Source: Lutibacter sp. (lineage in GTDB: Bacteria > Bacteroidota > Bacteroidia > Flavobacteriales > Flavobacteriaceae). Taken from it: DNA of 64,000 nucleotides. The position numbers and the translations under genes are program-made. The DNA lies in NCBI RefSeq assembly GCF_021647475.1, contig NZ_JAKIUR010000001.1:80763-144762 (forward strand), written 5' to 3'. Below, piece by piece: positions 7,733 to 16,177 of this stretch (position 1 is its first letter; each line of letters starts with the position of its first letter). Below the pieces are notes generated by a model, which saw only the letters and a list, made by a program, of their open reading frames with translations, did not search any database and had not been told where the DNA came from.

Positions 7733-10017
7733 TCTCTTAAAGATTTAAGTTCAATCTTTAATTCTTTTTTCACATTCACTATAATACTCTTGCCTTTTTT
7801 TACTAAAGAATCTACATCTTCCAAATCTATTTCTTCTTTAAATTTTTGTTCTAAAGAAAATACTATAGGTTCTAATTTTGTAATACCAAACATACTAATG
7901 CTTGGTTTAATTTTATGTGTTTCTTTATATAAATCTTGCCATTTTTTTAGTTTAACTTTCTCATCTAATAACTGCATATATGCCTTTAAATCTTTAAAAA
8001 ATAGTTCAATTAAAAGCACTAGAACAGTAGATTCATTAAGAGTTTCCTTCTCTAAAAATTCTAAATTTATATGCTTATAACTTCTTTTAACTTCATTTTT
8101 CATAGTAGGTTCAATTATTTTTGGATGATCACCATACTTCTTTAGAATTTTAAATAATTCGTCGGGTTTAAAAGGTTTAAAAATATAGTCATCCATACCC
8201 GCTTCTAGGGCTCTTTTAATCTCTGTTTTAGAGGTAAATGCAGTCATTGCAATGATTGGAATTTTTGAAACCTCCTCCGATATATCATTTTTAATAATTT
8301 TAGTTGCCTCATAACCATCCATAACAGGCATTTGTATATCCATCATAATAATATCATACAGTTGCTGCTGTGTTTTTTTTACGCCTTCAAATCCGTTATC
8401 GGCAATATCCACAGTGCAATTCCATCTTTGTAAACGTGTTTTTGCAAGTAATTGATTGGTTTTATTATCTTCAACTAACAAAATGGAATATCCTAAATTT
8501 TTATCATTTACTTCTTCTTTACTTTTTTCAGCATTAATTTTGCTACTATTTTTTTCTCCAATTTTTAAAGGTAATACCATTGTAAATGTACTTCCTTTTC
8601 CAAACACACTTTCTACTTTAATTTCTCCGTTTAGTAAGTTAATTAATTTTTTTACAATAGTAAGACCCAATCCTGTACCTCCATAAATTCTTGAAGTGTC
8701 GTTTTTGGCTTGTGTGAAAGCACCAAAAACTGAATTAATTTTATTAGACACAATTCCAATTCCAGTATCTTTTATTTCAAAAGAAATGGTCGCTATTTTA
8801 TCATTTTCTTCTATTTTAACTACTGTTATGGTTACTCCACCTTTATCAGTAAACTTTATGGCATTACCTATAAGATTTAATAAAATTTGACTAATTCTAT
8901 TTGAATCACTAACTACTTCAGAGGGTGTATTTGAATTAATAATTAAATCTAGTGAAATTCCTTTTTCTTGGGCTTTTACTCTCATTAATTTAACAACTTC
9001 ATTTAAAGTTCTCTTTAAATTAAATGATGTTTTTTCTATTTCAAATTTATTAGATTCTAATTTAGAAAGGTCTAGTACATTATTTATAAGCGTAAGCAAA
9101 ATTTCACCTGATGTATGCATGGTTTCTAAATGCTGACGCTGCTCTGTTGTTAATGTTGTTTCTAATAATAAATCCGTAAAACCAATAACTGCATTTAGTG
9201 GAGTTCTAATTTCGTGACTCATATTTGCTAAAAATTCATTTTTAACTTGTACCGATTCTTCAGCTGCTTCTTTCGCTTTTTTTAGTTCAAAATCTTGTAA
9301 AATTCTATCCGTAATATCTGATCCAATTGAAATATAAGTATCATTCACTCCCTTTGAATATTGCCATTCAATCCACTTATCTAATCCTTCTTTAGTTTTA
9401 AGTTTCTGTTTAAAGATATCTAAATAACTTCCTTTGTTTGAAAAAATATAATTATTAATGGCTTCTTTAGCATCTTCAGCTTTGTTTTTACTTAAAAACA
9501 CTTTTTGCCACCAATTTCTACCTAAAACTTCATTTGCTGTATATCCTAATATTTTTTCAATAGAAGGTGATACAAAAATTATTTCTCCATTTTTATTGCT
9601 TACTAGAACAATAGATGGAATATTTTTTAATATTGCTTCTGATTGAATTTTATGTTCTTCTTTCTTTTTCCAATCGGAAATATCTACTCCTACAGAAACA
9701 AAATTGTTATTAGCACCTAAAGAGTCTCTCCACTCAATCCACCTACAACTTCCATCTTTACAAAGCATTCTTCGTTCATATACTTTTCCGTTTATAGGAG
9801 ATTTATTAGATAATATTTTAATAACATTTTGCTTAAAGGCTAAACCATCTTTTTTATTACAATAGGTGTTTTCCCACCATAAATCACCTAATAAATTTTC
9901 AGTTTTGTAGCCACTTATTTTTTCAACTGCTGCAGAAACATATTTAATATGTCCTTTTTCATCTGCTGAAATTGCAATCAAGTTCGCATCGTTTAAAAGT
10001 AATTCTGAGGTTTTCAC
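7729..10017 (-). CDS. Soluble hybrid histidine kinase, PAS-PAS-HisKA-HATPase-REC-HPt
   Basis: Two PAS folds, no TM; H-box FLANMSHEIRTPLN; N-box LLNLIGNAIKFT; G boxes DTGIGI/GGTGLGL; REC MMDIQMP; HPt HKIKPS. GTG start. Confidence 0.93.
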   Translation of the reverse strand: MKTSELLLNDANLIAISADEKGHIKYVSAAVEKISGYKTENLLGDLWWENTYCNKKDGLAFKQNVIKILSNKSPINGKVYERRMLCKDGSCRWIEWRDSLGANNNFVSVGVDISDWKKKEEHKIQSEAILKNIPSIVLVSNKNGEIIFVSPSIEKILGYTANEVLGRNWWQKVFLSKNKAEDAKEAINNYIFSNKGSYLDIFKQKLKTKEGLDKWIEWQYSKGVNDTYISIGSDITDRILQDFELKKAKEAAEESVQVKNEFLANMSHEIRTPLNAVIGFTDLLLETTLTTEQRQHLETMHTSGEILLTLINNVLDLSKLESNKFEIEKTSFNLKRTLNEVVKLMRVKAQEKGISLDLIINSNTPSEVVSDSNRISQILLNLIGNAIKFTDKGGVTITVVKIEENDKIATISFEIKDTGIGIVSNKINSVFGAFTQAKNDTSRIYGGTGLGLTIVKKLINLLNGEIKVESVFGKGSTFTMVLPLKIGEKNSSKINAEKSKEEVNDKNLGYSILLVEDNKTNQLLAKTRLQRWNCTVDIADNGFEGVKKTQQQLYDIIMMDIQMPVMDGYEATKIIKNDISEEVSKIPIIAMTAFTSKTEIKRALEAGMDDYIFKPFKPDELFKILKKYGDHPKIIEPTMKNEVKRSYKHINLEFLEKETLNESTVLVLLIELFFKDLKAYMQLLDEKVKLKKWQDLYKETHKIKPSISMFGITKLEPIVFSLEQKFKEEIDLEDVDSLVKKGKSIIVNVKKELKIELKSLRE

Positions 10018-10050
10018 TTATTAATATTTTCTATTTTATTATTTAATTTT

Positions 10051-10225
10051 ATTGATTGTCCGTAATTAATCATGAAATGTTCGTCACCCTGTACTTGTTT
10101 CAGGGTATCATTAATATAAATCGGTGATTGTCAAAACTATGAGATGTTGAAACAAACCCGCCTGCTGCTGGCAGGTTCAGCATGACGACGTATAAATATG
10201 AAGTATGACACTAAACGGATATACA
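10051..10225 (+). repeat. ~170-bp REP/REPIN-like element, copy 2
   Basis: Two inverted REP hairpins (GTCACCCTGTACTTGTTTCAGGGT; GAGATGTTGAAACAA..TTCAGCATGACG) plus conserved flanks; 19-nt insert at 10157-10175. Confidence 0.9.
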
Positions 10226-10338
10226 CTAATTTTATAATTTATCTAACGAATTTTACCTATTATTCAAAAACATGTACCATTTACTTGTAAATATAATTAA
10301 ATTTTAGCTTGTTTATACCATTAATATAGATGTGTTTT

Positions 10339-10449
10339 TTGATTATCCGTAATTAATCATAAAATGTTCGTCACCCTGAACCTGCCAGCAGCAGGTAGGT
10401 TCAGCATGACGACGTATAAATATGAAGTATGACACTAAACGGATATACA
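10339..10449 (+). repeat. Internally deleted copy 3 of the same element
   Basis: Same left and right flanks as copy 2. The left arm of hairpin 1 is joined via the insert CCTGCCAGCAGCAGGTAGG (10381-10399) to the right arm of hairpin 2. Confidence 0.88.
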
Positions 10450-10464
10450 CATGTGTTTTTATTT

Positions 10465-10497
10465 AAAAAAAAAAAAAAGCCACTTAAAAGCGGCTTT
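10465..10497 (-). terminator. Intrinsic terminator of the lipoprotein gene
   Basis: Minus strand AAAGCCGC-TTTTAA-GTGGC followed by 14 T. Confidence 0.8.
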
Positions 10498-10517
10498 CAT
10501 TTAATCAAGAGAGGGGT

Positions 10518-11921
10518 TTATAAACGCTCAAAAACTAATTTGCTTTCAGCATTTGTATCACTATCAATGTTTTTAACCTCAACCCTAGCTGTTTGTACAT
10601 CAACAGTAATCCAATCTTCATTAAATTCATTAAAAGGAATAATTTCATTAAAATTTAGTTCTAATTTTAATTTACCACTATCATATACAACTTCCCAGAT
10701 TCCGTTAACAACATCGCTATTTTTTGTTGCAGTAACGGTACCATCAGTCATAAAATCTAAAACAAAATCATTATAATTACTAGTTTCACTAACGCCTTTA
10801 TTCATAAAATCGGCTATTTCCCAAGTTCCTTCGCTTAATGTGTCTTCTAATAACGTTTTGTCTTCTGAACAAACTTTTTCTAAAGTAAGTTCATTGTCTT
10901 CAAAAGTTAAATCTATTTCAGAGAGGTTGTCATTATATTCGTGAAGATTCCAATTGAAAGAAAAATCGGATAATCCTTCAAAATTAATTTTCACCAAAAT
11001 TTCAGTATCTGTTTGCTCTATAATCCAAGTTCCTTGTAATTCATTTCCGTTATTTTTGGCTACAACAGTGCCATCTTCATTAAAAGTAAAAATATAATTT
11101 GCGTATTGTTCGCTATTATCTTGCTCACTAATTTTTACAGTGCTAGGCATCCAACTACAAGTAAGCAACATTTCGGTAATTTGTTCAACGCTACAGTTTA
11201 CACAATCATCATCATTATAATCATTATTATCATCTTCGTTACATGTATTTTTTGCATTATCAATTGCTGTTGCTAACTCATCCATATTATTAATGGTTTT
11301 TTCAGTTCCATCAGCTAAAACCATAGTAATAGGAAAATTAATTTGAACAATATCACTTTCGTTCATATCTTCTAAAAATAAATAGAATTGTTCATCATTT
11401 TCTACGGAAATAGTATCTGTAAGTTCATTTACTGAGTCAAAAATTGAAAAAGTAATTGGATATACAAAATCAATACATTCAATATCATCATCTGGTTCAT
11501 TTTCTCCACCACACTGATTTACGTAATTTTCTAGTTCATCCATATTATTAATAGTAATTTCAGTATAATCACTTAAAATAATAGTAATTGGAAAAATAAT
11601 GTCTAAATGATCTACATCAAAATTAAATTGGTCAAAAATAGTTTCAATTTCAGCATAATCTGCTTCAGATGATATTACAATTTCTAATCCGTTAACTATA
11701 ACAGTTACAGGTAGTTGCACGCTTATACAACTAGCATTATCTATAATATTATCTTTTGAGCCATCTTTTGTAACTGTTTTTTCAACTAATGTTGCAACAG
11801 TGGTATTAGGTGTTAAAATCTCATTTTGTTGTGGTTGCACAACAGTTGTAATTTCTTTTTGACATGAAAAAAGAAATACAGAAATTAAGCTTAAAATAAA
11901 AAAGTAATTTTTCAGTTTCAT
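10518..11921 (-). CDS. Acidic lipoprotein with internal repeats and two C-terminal lipocalin-like domains
   Basis: Lipobox FLFS-C; repeated C-x3-x-(Y/F/L)P-(I/V)T motifs; duplicated F-x-F-x-x-DGTV-x-A...G-x-W units; Asp/Asn-rich stretches. Confidence 0.75.
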   Translation of the reverse strand: MKLKNYFFILSLISVFLFSCQKEITTVVQPQQNEILTPNTTVATLVEKTVTKDGSKDNIIDNASCISVQLPVTVIVNGLEIVISSEADYAEIETIFDQFNFDVDHLDIIFPITIILSDYTEITINNMDELENYVNQCGGENEPDDDIECIDFVYPITFSIFDSVNELTDTISVENDEQFYLFLEDMNESDIVQINFPITMVLADGTEKTINNMDELATAIDNAKNTCNEDDNNDYNDDDCVNCSVEQITEMLLTCSWMPSTVKISEQDNSEQYANYIFTFNEDGTVVAKNNGNELQGTWIIEQTDTEILVKINFEGLSDFSFNWNLHEYNDNLSEIDLTFEDNELTLEKVCSEDKTLLEDTLSEGTWEIADFMNKGVSETSNYNDFVLDFMTDGTVTATKNSDVVNGIWEVVYDSGKLKLELNFNEIIPFNEFNEDWITVDVQTARVEVKNIDSDTNAESKLVFERL

Positions 11922-11950
11922 ATGTGTTAGTATTTAGGTTACAATAAAGG

Positions 11951-11976
11951 AACAGTTTTAAAGGCATTTACCCTAC
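11951..11976 (-). promoter_or_regulatory. Putative ECF-sigma promoter GTAGGGTA-N14-TGTT (lipoprotein gene)
   Basis: Same motif and spacing at 12546 and 16115. Confidence 0.7.
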
Positions 11977-12024
11977 CTTTCCCTAAAAAAATATATATTT
12001 ACAAAATAATAAAAAAATTGATGA

Positions 12025-12540
12025 ATGCCAATAAAAAATAAAAATGAGTTCTGTAATGAAAAAAAGTTTACTTCTTTTTTTTTAGAGCAATCTACATTAC
12101 TTTTTAACTATATATTTTATAAATGTGGCAATACGGATTTAGCAGATGATATTGTACAAGAGGCTTTTATTAAAATTTGGAACAATTGCTCAAAAATAAT
12201 TCCGAATAAAGCAAAATCATTTTTATTTACTATTGCAACTAATTTATTTTTAAATGAATATGCAAAAACATCCGTTATTATTAATTATAAAAATACCATT
12301 AAAAAAGATTACACTAATGAGTCTCCTGAATTTATTTTGGAAGAAAAAGAATTTGAGGTGAAATTACAAAAAGCTATCTCAAATTTAACTGAAACACAAC
12401 GCGTTGCTTTTTTAATGCACAGAATAGATGGGAAAAAATATAGAGAAATTGCGGAATTATTAGGAATTTCTATAAAAGCAGTTGAAAAAAGAATTCATAA
12501 TGCTTTATTAAGTTTAAGAAAAGAAATTGATGAAATTTAA
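12025..12540 (+). CDS. ECF RNA polymerase sigma factor
   Basis: Region 2 ADDIVQEAFIKIW; region 4 KYREIAELLGISIKAVEKRI. Confidence 0.92.
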   Translation: MPIKNKNEFCNEKKFTSFFLEQSTLLFNYIFYKCGNTDLADDIVQEAFIKIWNNCSKIIPNKAKSFLFTIATNLFLNEYAKTSVIINYKNTIKKDYTNESPEFILEEKEFEVKLQKAISNLTETQRVAFLMHRIDGKKYREIAELLGISIKAVEKRIHNALLSLRKEIDEI

Positions 12541-12545
12541 AAAAA

Positions 12546-12571
12546 GTAGGGTAAATGCTTTTTTAATTGTT
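12546..12571 (+). promoter_or_regulatory. Putative ECF-sigma promoter GTAGGGTA-N14-TGTT (fecR-like/TonB receptor operon)
   Basis: Motif lies directly after the sigma stop codon, 20 nt before the ATG at 12592. Confidence 0.7.
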
Positions 12572-12591
12572 TATAGGTTATATTTAAGAAT

Positions 12592-13494
12592 ATGAAAGAA
12601 AACTACTTTTTAGCCAAATGGTTAGCTAATGAAATTACAGACGAAGAGCTTAAAAAAAATATAAGCACGGAAGAGTTTATCACTTATAAAAAAATTAAAA
12701 CGACTTCTGAAAACTTAATTGCACCTAAATTTAATGCAGAAAATATATTAAGCACCATACAAGAAAATAAACGAAAACAAAAGGTTTTAAAACTGCGTTT
12801 TAATTATTTCTATAAAATAGCAGCAATGCTAGCGATTATTATTACTTCATTTTATTTTATTTCTTCTAAAAACACGGTTTACACTACTAAATATGCTGAA
12901 AAAACTAGTTTTGAATTACCAGATGAATCTAAAGTTGATTTAAATGCTGATTCTAAAATTACGTTTAAAGAAAAAAATTGGAATACTCATAGAAATTTAA
13001 AATTAAAAGGAGAAGCTTTTTTTAGCGTAAAAAAAGGATCAAAATTTACAGTAAATACTAAATTAGGTTCCGTAAGCGTTTTAGGTACTAAGTTTAATGT
13101 AATTGCAAGAGACGATTATTTTCAAGTTACGTGTTACAGAGGTTTGGTTAGTGTTAGCTATAAAAACAAAACTGTAAAAGTTCCAGCAGGAACTTCATTT
13201 AAAACAGCTAAAAATTATACCGCACAAACTTTTGAAATTAATGATAAATTACCTTCTTGGATCCAAGATTTTAGTTCATTTAAAAGTATGCCGTATCATT
13301 TTGTAATTGAAGAATTACAACGACAATACAAAATAAAAATAGTGTATAATCATAAATATTCAAAGACATTATTTACGGGTAATTTTACACATACCAACTT
13401 AAAAACAGCATTAAAATCAATTACAGTACCTTTAAATTTAACTTTTAAAACTATTGGTGAGCATAAGGTTTCTTTTATTGAAAATAAAAATTAA
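12592..13494 (+). CDS. FecR-family anti-sigma factor
   Basis: Single TM; LPDESKVDLNADS, LKGEAFFSVKKG and VSVLGTKFNV FecR motifs. Confidence 0.92.
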   Translation: MKENYFLAKWLANEITDEELKKNISTEEFITYKKIKTTSENLIAPKFNAENILSTIQENKRKQKVLKLRFNYFYKIAAMLAIIITSFYFISSKNTVYTTKYAEKTSFELPDESKVDLNADSKITFKEKNWNTHRNLKLKGEAFFSVKKGSKFTVNTKLGSVSVLGTKFNVIARDDYFQVTCYRGLVSVSYKNKTVKVPAGTSFKTAKNYTAQTFEINDKLPSWIQDFSSFKSMPYHFVIEELQRQYKIKIVYNHKYSKTLFTGNFTHTNLKTALKSITVPLNLTFKTIGEHKVSFIENKN

Positions 13495-16036
13495 CAAATC
13501 GTTATTTTTATTATTTTTAGGTTGTTTTCTAGTTACTAATTTATTGTTTTCTCAAAACTTATTAGAAAAAGAAACACAGCCTTTTTCTATATTGCTTAAA
13601 AATGCTGAAAATCAATTTCAAATTAAATTTTCATATGTAGATAAAGATATTAAAACCATTACTATTTTATCTTATGATAAAAGTTTAACCTTAACCAAGG
13701 TAATTCAATATTTTAAGAACAATACTCCGCTAAATTTTACTATTTTAAACGATAAAAATATATTAATTAGTAAGCCCATTTTAAAAAACTCTATTTGCGG
13801 TTACTTAATAGATGTTAATACTAAAAAACAAATAGAAGGAGCTCATATTAGTATTTTAAACACTAATATTCACGTAATTTCAAGTGTTAACGGTTATTTT
13901 TTTATTGAAAATGTAGCTGAAAATTCGGTATTAGAAATAAGACATATTTCTTATCCAGCTATTTTTTTAAATGCTAATGATTTTTTAATCCAAAAAAAAT
14001 GCCTTGCTGTTTCGCTAACTCAAAAAATACAACAACTACCTGAAATTATAATAAGTAACTTTTTAACTTCAGGAATTTCCCTAAAAACCGATAATTCTTT
14101 TCATATAAATTTACCAGAATCAGGAATTTTACCCGGCTTAATTGAGCCTGATGTTTTACAAAAAATAAAAGTTATTCCTGGTGTTAGTAGTGTTAATGAA
14201 ACGGTTTCTAACATAAATATTAGAGGCGGAACAACCGATGAGAATTTGTTACTTTGGGATGGAATTAAAATGTACCATTCCGGTCATTTTTTTGGACTAA
14301 TCTCAACTTTTAATCCTTATTTAACTAAAAGCGTAACGGTTATTAAAAACGGAACAAGTGCACAGTATAATGACGGAGTTTCAGGTACCATTAAAATTGA
14401 ATCTTTAGATAAAGTAAATAAAACTATTTTTGCAGGTGCAGGATTTAATCTACTTAGTGCTGATGCTTATGCTTATATTCCTATTTCAAAAAAAATTGGA
14501 TTTCAATTTTCAGGAAGGCGATCAATTACAGATTGGCTAAAAACACCAACGTTTACACAATATTTTAATAAAGCATTTCAAGATTCAAAAATTACATCAA
14601 ATACCTCTTCAGAAGAAAATGTAACCCAAAATTCAAACTTTAACTTTTTTGATTATAGTTTTAAGTTTTTGTATAATTTTAATAAAAATCACCATATTAG
14701 AATTAACTTTTTAAGGATAGAAAATAGTTTAGATTATAAAGAATTGTTATCTAATGAAACAAACTTCAGCTCAAAAACAAGCAACCTAGAACAAGAAAAT
14801 ATGGTATTTGGATTTCAACTAAAAAGCAAGTGGAGTTCTAAATTTAATACTTTTTTACAGGCGTATTATACTAAATACACAAATAAAGCTTCCAATTTTT
14901 CATTATTAACTGACCAGCGATTATTACAAAATAACATTGTGCTAGAAACGGGTATTAAACTTAACACTAATTATCAAATTAATAAAAACCTATCGGTTTT
15001 ATCGGGTTACCATTTTTATGAATTAGGAGTTACAAATTCTGATGATGTAAATTTACCTTTATTTATTAGAACCATTAAAGATGTAATTAGAAACCACTCT
15101 TTATATTCACAAGTAAAATTTCATTCAAATAACTATAAAACCTTTATTAACGGAGGAATACGTTTAAATTATATAAATAAATTTAAGTTGTTTTTAGCTG
15201 AACCTAGAGTTCAAATTTTGCAAAAGTTAACTCCTCAATTATCCTTAAAACTAGGAGGAGAGTTTAAAAGCCAAAACATTACTCAGGTAGTAGATTTACA
15301 GGAAGATTTTTTAGGCGTTGCAAAAAGCAGGTGGACTTTAGCTGATAACAACACTGTTCCAATAATTAAAAGTAAACAAGCTTCTTTTGGGTTTAATTAT
15401 AAAGCAAACCATTTGTTTATTGATTTGGAAGGTTTTATTAAAAAAGCAACAGGCATTACTTCATCTAACCAAGGATTTCAAAATCAATTTCAATTTGTGA
15501 AAACAAATGGAAATTACAATGTTAAAGGAATTGAATTTTTAATTAATAAAAAAATAAATAATAGTAGTTTGTGGTTAAGTTATACTTTTAATGATAATCA
15601 ATATACCTTCAAAAATTTAACTCCAAATTCATTTCCAAACAATTTAGATATTAGACATAATATTTCATTTGGTAGTACTTATACCTATAAAAAATTAAAT
15701 ATTGCATTTGGAGTTCATTGGCGAACAGGAAAACCATATACCGTTCCAACAGAAACTAATCCTGTTATAATTAATGGAATTTCAAATTCCATTAATTATA
15801 GTTTACCTAATAATAAAAATTTAAAAAACTATCTTCGAGCCGATTTTTCAAGCACATATTCTTTTAAATTCAATAATAAAGTTAATGGATTTGTAGGGGC
15901 TTCTTTGCTAAATATTTTTAATACTAAAAATATACTTAATACTTATTATAGAGCAAATTCTAACGCTACTATTACTCAAGTAAATAACAGTTCTATTGGA
16001 ATTACTCCAAATTTTACTTTTAGAATTAGCATGTAA
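13454..16036 (+). CDS. TonB-dependent receptor with N-terminal signalling extension and carboxypeptidase-like domain
   Basis: N-terminal STN-like region, plug NIRGGTTDENLLLWDGI..YHSGH, TonB C-terminal YLRADFS...NIFN. The true start may be the TTG at ~13481. Confidence 0.88.
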   Translation: MVSIRFLLLKIKINKSLFLLFLGCFLVTNLLFSQNLLEKETQPFSILLKNAENQFQIKFSYVDKDIKTITILSYDKSLTLTKVIQYFKNNTPLNFTILNDKNILISKPILKNSICGYLIDVNTKKQIEGAHISILNTNIHVISSVNGYFFIENVAENSVLEIRHISYPAIFLNANDFLIQKKCLAVSLTQKIQQLPEIIISNFLTSGISLKTDNSFHINLPESGILPGLIEPDVLQKIKVIPGVSSVNETVSNINIRGGTTDENLLLWDGIKMYHSGHFFGLISTFNPYLTKSVTVIKNGTSAQYNDGVSGTIKIESLDKVNKTIFAGAGFNLLSADAYAYIPISKKIGFQFSGRRSITDWLKTPTFTQYFNKAFQDSKITSNTSSEENVTQNSNFNFFDYSFKFLYNFNKNHHIRINFLRIENSLDYKELLSNETNFSSKTSNLEQENMVFGFQLKSKWSSKFNTFLQAYYTKYTNKASNFSLLTDQRLLQNNIVLETGIKLNTNYQINKNLSVLSGYHFYELGVTNSDDVNLPLFIRTIKDVIRNHSLYSQVKFHSNNYKTFINGGIRLNYINKFKLFLAEPRVQILQKLTPQLSLKLGGEFKSQNITQVVDLQEDFLGVAKSRWTLADNNTVPIIKSKQASFGFNYKANHLFIDLEGFIKKATGITSSNQGFQNQFQFVKTNGNYNVKGIEFLINKKINNSSLWLSYTFNDNQYTFKNLTPNSFPNNLDIRHNISFGSTYTYKKLNIAFGVHWRTGKPYTVPTETNPVIINGISNSINYSLPNNKNLKNYLRADFSSTYSFKFNNKVNGFVGASLLNIFNTKNILNTYYRANSNATITQVNNSSIGITPNFTFRISM

Positions 16037-16114
16037 TTTTTTAAATTTAATTTACTGTAAATCAATAAGTTATTTATATAGATTTCATTTATTATAAAAT
16101 ATTTAATTTATTAG

Positions 16115-16140
16115 GTAGGGTATTTATTCTTAAAGATGTT
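16115..16140 (+). promoter_or_regulatory. Putative ECF-sigma promoter GTAGGGTA-N14-TGTT (second lipoprotein gene)
   Basis: Third copy of the motif, with an identical 14-nt spacer. Confidence 0.7.
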
Positions 16141-16177
16141 AAGTAAATAGATATAACCTCTAAAGACATTTTTAATT

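Noticed and set aside
5653-9646. Plus-strand ORFs 5653-5910, 7401-7631, 7790-8080, 8456-8686, 8696-8890, 9458-9646
   Set aside because: Antisense shadows fully inside well-supported minus-strand genes, with no motifs.
10132-10156. TAGTTTTG (-7-like) inside repeat copy 2 as an outward promoter for the EPS operon
   Set aside because: The nearest TTG/TTTG is only 13 nt upstream instead of 19-21, so the support is too weak.
257-10225. EPS operon as a composite transposon
   Set aside because: The flanking elements encode no transposase and no target-site duplication is evident. Kept only as a weaker finding.
10465-10478. A14 homopolymer as a phase-variation tract
   Set aside because: It is intergenic and is explained as the U-tract of the adjacent terminator hairpin.
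10429-10776. 115-aa plus-strand ORF
   Set aside because: Starts inside a repeat copy, reads through the poly-A terminator tract and is antisense to the lipoprotein gene.
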